In this document: positions 17,523 to 25,543 of the stretch, in pieces
How positions within the stretch are numbered: the first letter of the stretch is position 1
Layout of the letters: the number at the start of each line of letters is the position of its first letter
NCBI GenBank assembly: GCA_964649665.1
Contig: CAZYPU010000003.1
Coordinates: 1-44,299 of the forward strand
Source of the DNA: an uncultured Planctomycetia bacterium
GTDB lineage: Bacteria > Omnitrophota > Gorgyraeia > JABMRN01 > RBG-13-46-9
DNA length: 44,299 bases
Direction: 5' to 3'
Notes under the pieces: model-generated
What the model was told of the DNA's origin: nothing
What the model saw: the letters and a program-made list of their open reading frames with translations, nothing else
The model's database searches: none
Made by a program: the position numbers and the translations under genes

Positions 17523-18438
17523 CGAACCGCTCAAACGGCACACGACATTTCGCATAGGCGGGCCCTGCGGGGTCTGGGCCGAACCCCGCAGCGAAAGAGA
17601 CTTGCGGGAAATTTTAAAGCTGGCAAAGGCAAGAAAGAAAAGAACTGTTCTGATGGGCGCCGGGAGCAATATCCTGCCCGGGGACAGGGCCGCAAGCGGC
17701 GTAGTGATTCACCTGGGAGGCAAATATTTTAAAAGGGTACATTTTTCCGGCCGGAAGGTTACAGCCGGAGCGGGGATATCATTAGCCTATTTAATCAACC
17801 TTCTGTGTGAAAAGGGGCTTGGGGGCACGGAAGGGCTCGCCGGCATTCCGGGCACGCTCGGCGGCGCGATTTTCATGAATGCCGGATACAGGGGAAACAT
17901 ATCGGATTGCCTGGAATCTGTGCGGGTAATGAGTAAGAAAAGCGGGAAAATCTCTGTATTAAAAAAGTCACGCAAAGAGAATTCCGCAGAAGGATCTTTG
18001 CGGGATCCCGCAGAATTTCATCAGGAGAAACTTCATGCGGGAAAAAAAATAAAATTTAGTTATCGACATTCAGGCCTGTACGGCTATATAATACTGGAGG
18101 CGACGCTCAGCCTCAAAAAATCCGATAAAAAGAAGCTGTTGAAAAAAAGAAATAAGGTCCTGAGGGTCAAAAAATCCGAGCAGCCACTCGGCTCGATGAA
18201 TGCAGGGTGCGTTTTTAAAAATCCCGGAAGGGCGCTTCCGGCGGCCCTGTACATCGACATGCTGGGGTTTAAAGGAAAGAGAATAGGGGGCGCGAAGGTT
18301 TCGGAGAAGCACGCCAATTTTATAATTAATGAAAAAGGCGCGAAAGCAAGCGATGTCTTGCGTCTCATGGACATTATAAAAAAGCGCGTTAAATCCGAAT
18401 TCGGAGTTGAACTGGCCCCTGAGATAGAGATATTGTAG
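17479..18438 (+). CDS. murB: UDP-GlcNAc-enolpyruvate reductase with a ~25-aa internal insertion (start may be GTG 17464)
   Basis: HTTFRIGG, GAGSN, GIPGTLGGA..MNAG, FSYR, GCVFKN, HANFIIN and EIEI motifs. Confidence 0.94.
   Translation: MRRVFSKIKGKVLFNEPLKRHTTFRIGGPCGVWAEPRSERDLREILKLAKARKKRTVLMGAGSNILPGDRAASGVVIHLGGKYFKRVHFSGRKVTAGAGISLAYLINLLCEKGLGGTEGLAGIPGTLGGAIFMNAGYRGNISDCLESVRVMSKKSGKISVLKKSRKENSAEGSLRDPAEFHQEKLHAGKKIKFSYRHSGLYGYIILEATLSLKKSDKKKLLKKRNKVLRVKKSEQPLGSMNAGCVFKNPGRALPAALYIDMLGFKGKRIGGAKVSEKHANFIINEKGAKASDVLRLMDIIKKRVKSEFGVELAPEIEIL
17968..18042. repeat. 75-bp double-hairpin insert in frame within murB
   Basis: CGCAAAGA/TCTTTGCG and TCCCGCA/TGCGGGA arms; flanked by A-tracts. 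Confidence 0.6.
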
Positions 18439-18447
18439 CGTTTAGGC

Positions 18448-18524
18448 GTCATTGCGAGGGCGCGAAGCGCCCGAAGCAATCTCAATGGGATTGCTTCGTC
18501 GGCCTCCGGCCTCCTCGCAATGAC
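18448..18524. repeat. REP/RPE-like cruciform element (GTCATTGCGAG...CTCGCAATGAC), copy 1
   Basis: Terminal inverted repeat plus internal GAAGCAATC/GATTGCTTC; intergenic murB-ddl. Confidence 0.85.
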
Positions 18525-18536
18525 GGAGTTTAAACT

Positions 18537-19472
18537 ATGAAAGACTACGGTAAGATAGCCGTGTTTGCCGGCGGCCTTTCCAGCGAGCGCGAAATCAGTT
18601 TACAGAGCGGCCGCGCCGTCTACGGGGCGCTTAAAAAAAAGAATCAGGACGCGGAATTCGTGGATGTAGGCGCCGATGCGGGCGCTGTCCTTGCGAGCGC
18701 GCTCGCCGATATTGTTTTTATTACCCTCCACGGGCGCTTCGGTGAAGACGGAACGGTCCAGTCGATTCTTGAAGAGGCGCGCACTCCTTACACCGGGTCC
18801 GGCGTCGGGGCGTCGCGGCTTGCGCTGGACAAAATCGCTTCTAAAGAACTTTTTTTAAAAAACGGTTTAAAGGTGCCGTCCTGCAAGGTTATAAGAGACA
18901 ATGCCGGGGCGAATGGCGCATGCCGGGGATTTGAGACGCCGCTTGTGATAAAGCCGCAGCGCGAAGGTTCGAGCATGGGGCTTTCCATCGTAAGCGACAG
19001 GGCACACATAAATACGGCTTTGGATATGGCGTTCGGCTACGGCGGGGCGGCTATTGTGGAAGAATATATACACGGCAGGGAGCTCACTGTGGGCATTCTG
19101 GAGGAGAAGGCGCTGCCCGTTGTGGAAATCGTGACCGAACGCAATGTTTACGATTTCAGGGCGAAATACCTGGACGAGGGAACAAAGTATTTCGTTCCGG
19201 CGGCGCTCGGAGCGGATGAATTTAAGCGGGCGCAGGAATCCGCGCTCAAGGCCCACCGAATTCTTGGCTGCAGGGATTTTTCGAGGGTCGATATGAGAAT
19301 GGATCGTGACGGCAACATTTATGTCCTGGAGGTAAACACGATTCCGGGCATGACCGAACGCAGCCTCCTGCCCAAGGCGGCGATGGCTGCAGGTATAAGT
19401 TACGAAGGTTTGTGCATGAAACTCATTGATTTAGCGCATGAAAGAAGGGGGAAAAAGGATGGCGAAAAGTAG
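18537..19472 (+). CDS. ddl: D-alanine-D-alanine ligase
   Basis: GGLSSEREISL, LHGRFGEDG, GSSMG and LEVNTIPGMT motifs. Confidence 0.96.
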   Translation: MKDYGKIAVFAGGLSSEREISLQSGRAVYGALKKKNQDAEFVDVGADAGAVLASALADIVFITLHGRFGEDGTVQSILEEARTPYTGSGVGASRLALDKIASKELFLKNGLKVPSCKVIRDNAGANGACRGFETPLVIKPQREGSSMGLSIVSDRAHINTALDMAFGYGGAAIVEEYIHGRELTVGILEEKALPVVEIVTERNVYDFRAKYLDEGTKYFVPAALGADEFKRAQESALKAHRILGCRDFSRVDMRMDRDGNIYVLEVNTIPGMTERSLLPKAAMAAGISYEGLCMKLIDLAHERRGKKDGEK

Positions 19473-20235
19473 CAGGAAGAAAGTAAGGAAAGAAGTGAAA
19501 ATACCGGACAGAAAAAAAACACTGATTAAAAAGGCCCTGTGCGCAGCGGTTGTTCTTGCCGTTATTGCCGCGGCGGCGCTTGCAATAAGGAATTCGAGCT
19601 ATTTTAAACTGGAGAGCGTAGAAGTTCTTGATGTAAGCCGCGCCGCCGGCAGCCTGGAAACGGACGACGCGTTACAGGTAAATATGGGGCGAAACATTTT
19701 CGATATTGACATAGCCTCCCTTGCCTCGCGGATTGAAATTAACTATCCGGTTATAAAGAAAGCCGTCGTACGGAGAATCCTGCCGAACCGGCTTGAAATA
19801 GGCATCATCCCGCGGCTTCCGATCGCCAAAATAAAGGACAAGCGCGGCTATTTTCCCATAGACGAAACCGGCATGGTTTTATCGGCGGACATAAAAAGCG
19901 ACAGACAGCCGGTTATAATCGGATTTTTCATGTGGCGCCCGCCAAACCCCGGCGAGCGGCTTACAAATAAACAGCTGGAAAACACGGTCCGCCTTATAGA
20001 AGCAATAAACGAAACGCTGGTCTTACGGGACTACGGGATAACTACTATCGACGCATCCAATCACAGAAATCTTTCTTTTTACCTTGATAGCGGCATTGAA
20101 GTGAAAATAGGGGGCGAGGACTTTCCCGCAAGGCTGCGGAAGTTGAAAGAAACCCTCGCTGAAGAGGGCCTGAACAAGGATAATATCAAATATCTGGACT
20201 TAAGATTTGATAGCGTTGTAATAGGGCCCAAATAA
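19459..20235 (+). CDS. ftsQ: FtsQ/DivIB family protein
   Basis: Basic N-tail, one TM, POTRA domain, C-terminal YLDLRF; start MAKSS after AAGGA. Confidence 0.88.
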   Translation: MAKSSRKKVRKEVKIPDRKKTLIKKALCAAVVLAVIAAAALAIRNSSYFKLESVEVLDVSRAAGSLETDDALQVNMGRNIFDIDIASLASRIEINYPVIKKAVVRRILPNRLEIGIIPRLPIAKIKDKRGYFPIDETGMVLSADIKSDRQPVIIGFFMWRPPNPGERLTNKQLENTVRLIEAINETLVLRDYGITTIDASNHRNLSFYLDSGIEVKIGGEDFPARLRKLKETLAEEGLNKDNIKYLDLRFDSVVIGPK

Positions 20236-20271
20236 AGATAATGGTCATTTGCGAAATCTGCGTTAAATAAT

Positions 20272-21333
20272 ATGAGTAAGTTAGTGACTGTTATAGATCT
20301 GGGGTCGCGCAGGATCGCAGCGGCCATGGCTGAAGCGGCAACCGACGGCCGCGTCAGGCTTTTAGCGCTGGAGAATATGAACTCAAACGGCATAAGCGGC
20401 GGCTGCATAACCGACATAGGCAAAACCGTCAAGGATATATCCAGCGTGATGCATAGAGTTCATAGCCGCGCGGGGCGAAAGGCAAAGAATGTGCTGGTCA
20501 CAACCGGCGGCGCGGACACAAAAATGGTTATTTCGCGGGGAATGGTACCGCTGGCCGGGGCGCCGCGGCAGATTACGGCAAAAGACGTGAAGAGATGCCT
20601 GGAGATAGCGGCAATGATAAACCTTCCGCTGGACAGGGTTTGCGTAGAGAAAATCGTAAGGAGATTTTATATAGACGGCGCTTCGGCGGGCGTTAAAGAT
20701 CCCGTGGGGCTTTATGGAATAAAGCTTGAGGTCGAAACTTTTGCGGCGACGGCGAATCATTCTAAAATTCAGAATATCACAAAGTGCGTAGACCATGCCG
20801 GGTTCCTGATGGATGGCATATACCTTTCGTGCACTGCATCCGCCGGGAGCGTTCTGGACGCGGAGGAAAAGACAAGAGGCGTGCTCCTGATTGCTATAGG
20901 AAGTTCCCTCACCGAGGCCCTTATTTTCAAGAACGATATTTTGCAAAGTTTTAAAATTATCGGGAAGGGAATGGCCGCGATTCTGGATAATGACATGCGT
21001 CCCGACAGCAAAAAGTCCGGCCGGCTATTAGACGAAGTTTCCTGCGTCCCGGGCCGAAGAACGGACGATTTTTCTTCGGTCGTCGTGACGGGCGGCGGCG
21101 CCTTGCCCGACGGCGTAATAGAGGAGGCGGAAAGACGATTTAATGTCCCTGCCAGAATGGGTATCGTGCGGAAAACGGGTTATAATCTAAACTCGCAGGA
21201 CGCAATTATTCACACCTCGACCATCGGTCTTATAGACCGGAAAGCCCGCGAGTACAAAAACGCCAATGCCGATAAGAATACCGTTCGAAAAGCCCTCCGG
21301 AAAATAATAGACGTATACGAGAGTTACTTTTAA
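20272..21333 (+). CDS. ftsA: Divergent, internally shortened FtsA
   Basis: IDLGS, SRGMVPL, DPVGLYGIKLE, SVLDAEEK.RGV and VVTGGG motifs plus a C-terminal amphipathic helix; only 353 aa. Confidence 0.85.
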   Translation: MSKLVTVIDLGSRRIAAAMAEAATDGRVRLLALENMNSNGISGGCITDIGKTVKDISSVMHRVHSRAGRKAKNVLVTTGGADTKMVISRGMVPLAGAPRQITAKDVKRCLEIAAMINLPLDRVCVEKIVRRFYIDGASAGVKDPVGLYGIKLEVETFAATANHSKIQNITKCVDHAGFLMDGIYLSCTASAGSVLDAEEKTRGVLLIAIGSSLTEALIFKNDILQSFKIIGKGMAAILDNDMRPDSKKSGRLLDEVSCVPGRRTDDFSSVVVTGGGALPDGVIEEAERRFNVPARMGIVRKTGYNLNSQDAIIHTSTIGLIDRKAREYKNANADKNTVRKALRKIIDVYESYF

Positions 21334-21342
21334 GCCCTCAGC

Positions 21343-21370
21343 GGGCGCCATTTCGGCTCGTCCTTTTTTT
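21343..21370 (+). terminator. Intrinsic terminator closing the dcw operon immediately after ftsA
   Basis: GGGCG-CC-atttc-GG-ct-CGTCC hairpin followed by T7. Confidence 0.65.
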
Positions 21371-21464
21371 ATACTTTGCAATTTGGAAAATGACGTGTTG
21401 TAACTTGTATATTTATGATAGATTACAGCAAAGTGAAACGTCCCCCTTTGGATATAAGTAAAAA

Positions 21465-21699
21465 AAGAAAACCGGGATTCTGGATGCATCTGAAAGATTT
21501 TAAAATCGTGTCGGCATCCGGCAGCAGGATGCCCTGGAGGCGAAAAATTTTGTGTGCGAGCGTTGCAATTGAGTGCTCAAATCTTGTGCACATCAATTGC
21601 AGCGAGCCACAAAATTCGCCGGAAGGGCGCCTGCTGCCGGATGCCGATCGGGTTAAAAATGAGTAAAAATCTTTCAGCGGGCAAAATCCCGGTTTTCTT
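21465..21699 (+). ncRNA. ~235-nt rod-like imperfect inverted repeat (candidate ncRNA or MITE)
   Basis: Nested arms 21465-21479/21685-21699 (15 bp), 21490-21501/21666-21677 (12 bp), 21511-21528/21630-21647 (18 bp), 21561-21572/21593-21604 (12 bp) plus shorter helices. Confidence 0.6.
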
Positions 21700-21723
21700 C
21701 TTTAACACCCGCATCATTTTCAA

Positions 21724-21752
21724 TTGACAGCCTATGGCTTATATGCTACGCT
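21724..21752 (+). promoter_or_regulatory. Promoter of the yggS operon
   Basis: TTGACA-17 nt-TACGCT with TGn extended -10. Confidence 0.55.
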
Positions 21753-21841
21753 ATCCCGAATGAAGATCGCTTCTTTAGGGGCTCTTCGGGATCCCGATGA
21801 GCATCCTAAAGACGTTTCTCCGTTCGGGAAATCGTTAAAAA

Positions 21842-22498
21842 ATGGTCAAAAAAAACCTCGCAAACGTTAGAAAGAGGATCGCCGAGGCCGCCGAGAAGTC
21901 GGGGCGCGACCCGGAAGCGGTAAGGCTCATAGTTGTCACGAAAGAAGCCGATGCCGAAGAGATCAAAGAGGCGATCGCCTCGGGCGTGAGGGACATTGGG
22001 GAAAATCGCGTAAAAGACGCCCGCTTAAAGAAGGAACTGCTGGACAGTCATGTACTGGCCTGGCATATGATAGGACACCTTCAGACCAACAAAGCCGCAG
22101 ACGCCGTTAAAATGTTTTCGATTATTCACTCCGTAGATAGCATTAAATCAGTCCATGCGATAGACAGCCAGGCCAAAAAGATCCGTAAGGTTCAGGATAT
22201 TATGATTGAGGTCAATGTTTCGGGGGAGGGGAGTAAATTCGGCATTAAGCCCGAAGCGCTGGGAAATTTTCTTGAAGAAACCCGATCCCTGAAGCATGTG
22301 AAGGCGCTGGGCCTTATGACGATGGCGCCGTTTACGGATGACGCCGAAACAGCACGGCCTTATTTCCGAAAATTAAAGAAATTGAGAGATGCCTGCGGCT
22401 TGAAGGAGCTCTCCATGGGGATGACACAGGACTTTGAGGTGGCTGTGGAAGAAGGCGCTACGATGGTCCGGGTGGGCAGCGCGATATTTAAAAGTTAA
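21842..22498 (+). CDS. yggS: PLP-binding homeostasis protein YggS/YlmE
   Basis: VVTK, GENRV, WHMIGHLQTNK, GLMTM, LSMGMTQDF and GATMVRVGSAIF motifs. Confidence 0.96.
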   Translation: MVKKNLANVRKRIAEAAEKSGRDPEAVRLIVVTKEADAEEIKEAIASGVRDIGENRVKDARLKKELLDSHVLAWHMIGHLQTNKAADAVKMFSIIHSVDSIKSVHAIDSQAKKIRKVQDIMIEVNVSGEGSKFGIKPEALGNFLEETRSLKHVKALGLMTMAPFTDDAETARPYFRKLKKLRDACGLKELSMGMTQDFEVAVEEGATMVRVGSAIFKS

Positions 22499-22505
22499 AA
22501 AAACT

Positions 22506-22585
22506 GTCATTGCGAGGCGCCGAAGGCGCCGAAGCAATCTAAAACGATGAGATTGCTTCGGGCGCTGGCGCGCCCTCGCAATGAC
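22506..22585. repeat. REP/RPE-like cruciform element, copy 2
   Basis: GTCATTGCGAG...GAAGCAATC...GATTGCTTC...CTCGCAATGAC. Confidence 0.85.
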
Positions 22586-22604
22586 GGCTTAAAGTAGGTA
22601 CATC

Positions 22605-23402
22605 ATGAAATTGGGCATAATCGGTTGCGGGAACATGGGAAGCGCTATTGCCAGCGGCACTCTCTCCATGAGGGTATTGTCGTTCGGCAATATTTACGTG
22701 AGCGATAAAGATTCATCCAGGACCAGAGCCCTCAACAAAAAATTCGGTATCCGCGTGGGCACAAACGTTGAGGTTGTTAAAAAGTGCGGCATTATCATCA
22801 TTGCGGTTAAGCCGCAGGATTTCAAGGCGTTGCTGCCGTCAATTTCAGATCACCTCGACAATTCCAAGTACCTGGTTTCAATCATGGCCGGCGTTACCAT
22901 AGCGCGGATCGAGGAGCTCATAAAGAAGAAAATTGCCGTAACACGGGCGATGCCGAATATAGCGGCCATGGCGGGAAAGGGCATAACCGTTTTAAGCCAT
23001 AACAGGATGGTGAAAAGCGAAGCGGCGGTACGCATGATTTTTGCTTCCGTAGGCGAGGTAGTGGAAATCAACGAAAAAAAGATGGATGCGGTAACCGCGG
23101 TAAGCGGAAGCGGCCACGCTTATTTCTATTATCTGACGGAAGCGCTTAAGGAAGCGGCGGTAAAATTGGGCATAACAAAAGAGCTCGCGGCAAAGCTTGC
23201 AAGCGCAACGCTTATCGGCAGCGGCGCGCTTTTGGAAAGCATGGACGAGCCCCCTGAGGTTTTAATAAAGCGCATAACTTCCAAAAAGGGCACGACGGAA
23301 GCGGCGCTTAACGTTTTTAAAATGAAAAGGCTTGAAAGAATTGTGATCAAGGCGGTAGAGGCGGCCGCGAAAAGATCCCGGGAACTTTCGAGGGAGGCGT
23401 AA
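22605..23402 (+). CDS. proC: Pyrroline-5-carboxylate reductase
   Basis: IGCGNMG, AVKPQ, SIMAG, RAMPN, TAVSGSG and TSKKGTT motifs. Confidence 0.96.
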   Translation: MKLGIIGCGNMGSAIASGTLSMRVLSFGNIYVSDKDSSRTRALNKKFGIRVGTNVEVVKKCGIIIIAVKPQDFKALLPSISDHLDNSKYLVSIMAGVTIARIEELIKKKIAVTRAMPNIAAMAGKGITVLSHNRMVKSEAAVRMIFASVGEVVEINEKKMDAVTAVSGSGHAYFYYLTEALKEAAVKLGITKELAAKLASATLIGSGALLESMDEPPEVLIKRITSKKGTTEAALNVFKMKRLERIVIKAVEAAAKRSRELSREA

Positions 23403-23406
23403 AAAC

Positions 23407-23706
23407 ATGTTTGTTATAGGAAATTTCATATTTGCCGTAGCCGTTATTCTTCAATATCTGATTACGATATTGACCTGGATCATAATCATAAGGGCGCTCA
23501 TCAGCTGGGTTAATCCCGATCCGTATAACGTAATCGTGCAGATTCTGCACAGGATAACGGAGCCGATACTGGCGCCGTTAAGAAGGATTATCCCGATGCA
23601 GAACGCCGGCATAGACATATCTCCGATAATCGCGATACTTCTTTTGTGGTTTGTGAGATTATTTATTGTTAACAGCTTATTAGGGCTTGCCCTTCGCCTG
23701 AGATAA
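23407..23706 (+). CDS. yggT: YggT/YlmG family membrane protein
   Basis: IRALISWVNPDPYN...TEPIL.PLRR...DISPI. Confidence 0.93.
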   Translation: MFVIGNFIFAVAVILQYLITILTWIIIIRALISWVNPDPYNVIVQILHRITEPILAPLRRIIPMQNAGIDISPIIAILLLWFVRLFIVNSLLGLALRLR

Positions 23707-23728
23707 TGGGCCGGTTAGAAAGGTTTAT

Positions 23729-24589
23729 ATGGCAAAAATAGGCGTGATCGGCGGAAGCGGGTTATACGATATTGAAGGCATGGAAGTAAAAGATAAAAAA
23801 AGGCTTAAGACGCCTTTCGGCGAACCTTCCGGCGAATTTATCGCGGGAAAACTGGAAGGAAAAGAAGTTGTGTTTTTACCCCGGCACGATAGGGGTCATC
23901 GCATAAACCCGACTCAAATAAATTACCGGGCGAACATTTACGGCATGAAAGAGCTGGGCGTAGAGCATATAATTTCCGTTGCCGCCTGCGGCTCTTTAAG
24001 GGAGGAACTAAAGCCCCTCGATTTTGTAATTCCCCTTCAGTTTGTGGACAGGACAAACCATGCCAGGCAGTATACGTTTTTTGACGATGGGATTGTCGCG
24101 CACATAAGCTTCGCGCACCCTGTTTGTGAAAGCCTTGCCAATGTAGCGCATAACGCTGCAAAAGATAGCGGCGTTACCACCCACCTCGGAGGGACATACA
24201 TTAATATGGAGGGCCCGCAGTTTTCCACCCTGGCCGAGTCAAACCTGTATCGGAGTTGGGGGATGGATGTAATAGGGATGACTAACATGACGGAAGCGCG
24301 CCTCGCGCGGGAGGCGGAAATGTGCTACGTATCCCTGGCAGCGGTTACTGATTATGACTGTTGGCATGAAACGGCGGACTCGGTTACGGTCGAGATGATT
24401 ATCGATAACCTGAACAAGAACGTCGCGAACGCGAAGAAAGTATTGAAAAACATGGTCGGCCGGCTTGATGGGGAAAGGACGTGCGCTTGCAAGGACGCGC
24501 TCAAATACGCCATAATAACCGACCCAAAGGCGATCCCGGGCCACACAAAGAAGAAATTGGCCCTCATAATAGGAAAGTACATGAAATGA
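23729..24589 (+). CDS. mtnP: S-methyl-5'-thioadenosine phosphorylase
   Basis: IGGSG, PRHDRGH, RANIY, EGPQFST..ES, GMT and TDYDCWH motifs. Confidence 0.93.
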   Translation: MAKIGVIGGSGLYDIEGMEVKDKKRLKTPFGEPSGEFIAGKLEGKEVVFLPRHDRGHRINPTQINYRANIYGMKELGVEHIISVAACGSLREELKPLDFVIPLQFVDRTNHARQYTFFDDGIVAHISFAHPVCESLANVAHNAAKDSGVTTHLGGTYINMEGPQFSTLAESNLYRSWGMDVIGMTNMTEARLAREAEMCYVSLAAVTDYDCWHETADSVTVEMIIDNLNKNVANAKKVLKNMVGRLDGERTCACKDALKYAIITDPKAIPGHTKKKLALIIGKYMK

Positions 24590-25488
24590 GTATCCTGGTC
24601 GTAGGTTCGATGGCGCTCGATACCATAAAAACACCTTTTGGCAAATGCAGGGAGGTCCTGGGCGGTTCAGCCACGTATTTTTCCGTAAGCGCGAGATTTT
24701 TCGAATCCCATGTGAATCTGGTCGCCGTGGTCGGGAAAGATTTTCCGCAAAAGTACGTAAACTTCTTAAAGAAAAAGAGAATCGATCTCGGCGGGCTGGA
24801 AGTGGGAAAAGGGAAAACGTTCAGGTGGGAGGGCGAATACGGCTGGGATTTCAGCAATCCCCGCACGATAGCGACACACCTTAATGTTCTGGCCGATTTT
24901 GACCCGGTCATACCGGAAGAATATAAGAGAAGCAAATATGTATTCCTGGCCAATATCGACCCGCATTTGCAGAACAAGGTTTTGGCCCAGATGAAAAACC
25001 CTGCCCTGGTTGCCTGCGACACCATGAATTACTGGATCGGGCACAGGCGTAAGGAGCTCGTAAGGCTGTTAAAAAAAATAGACCTTTTCTTTCTGAACGA
25101 ATCCGAGGCAAAGGAGCTTACCGGCGAGTCGAGCCTCATAAAGGCGGCCAAAGGGGTATTTAAGATGGGGCCGGAGAAGATCATTATAAAAAAAGGCGAA
25201 CACGGAGCGCTGCTTTTTTCGGGCGATTCCATTTTCAGCGCGCCGGCTTATCTGATGGAATCGATTTTTGATCCCACCGGAGCGGGGGATACGTTCGCGG
25301 GCGGCGTCATGGGATATCTGGCGAGAGAAAATCTGATTAACGGGACGACTCTAAGAAATGCAATCGTGCGCGGGACCGTAATGGCGACATTCGCCGTGGA
25401 AGATTTTAGCCTCCGCCGCCTGGGCGCTATTAACAAATCCGATATCGCCCGGCGGCTTAAAAATTTCAAAAAACTTACGCATTTTTAA
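24586..25488 (+). CDS. PfkB family carbohydrate/nucleoside kinase
   Basis: Start re-assigned to MSILVVGS (ATGA overlap); LGGSATY and DPTGAGDTFAGG motifs. Confidence 0.92.
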   Translation: MSILVVGSMALDTIKTPFGKCREVLGGSATYFSVSARFFESHVNLVAVVGKDFPQKYVNFLKKKRIDLGGLEVGKGKTFRWEGEYGWDFSNPRTIATHLNVLADFDPVIPEEYKRSKYVFLANIDPHLQNKVLAQMKNPALVACDTMNYWIGHRRKELVRLLKKIDLFFLNESEAKELTGESSLIKAAKGVFKMGPEKIIIKKGEHGALLFSGDSIFSAPAYLMESIFDPTGAGDTFAGGVMGYLARENLINGTTLRNAIVRGTVMATFAVEDFSLRRLGAINKSDIARRLKNFKKLTHF

Positions 25489-25491
25489 CAA

Positions 25492-25516
25492 TGACCCTTC
25501 GACAGGCCGAGGGTCA
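25492..25516. repeat. Short REP-like hairpin TGACCCT-TCGACAGGCCG-AGGGTCA
   Basis: 7-bp arms; the CCCTTCGACAGGC core is related to the GCCTGTCG segment inside the 38090 element. Confidence 0.45.
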
Positions 25517-25543
25517 CGCTGCGCGGCCGGAGGAAATTGAAGC

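Noticed and set aside
21415-21666. 83-aa ORF between ftsA and yggS as an ftsZ or pgeF remnant
   Set aside because: No FtsZ or PgeF motifs; it runs through the long inverted repeat and is most likely incidental
21465-21699. Confident call as 6S RNA or SRP RNA
   Set aside because: No SRP helix-8 motif; the stems are more perfect and longer than typical 6S and no 6S sequence hallmark is recognisable. Kept only as an unclassified hairpin
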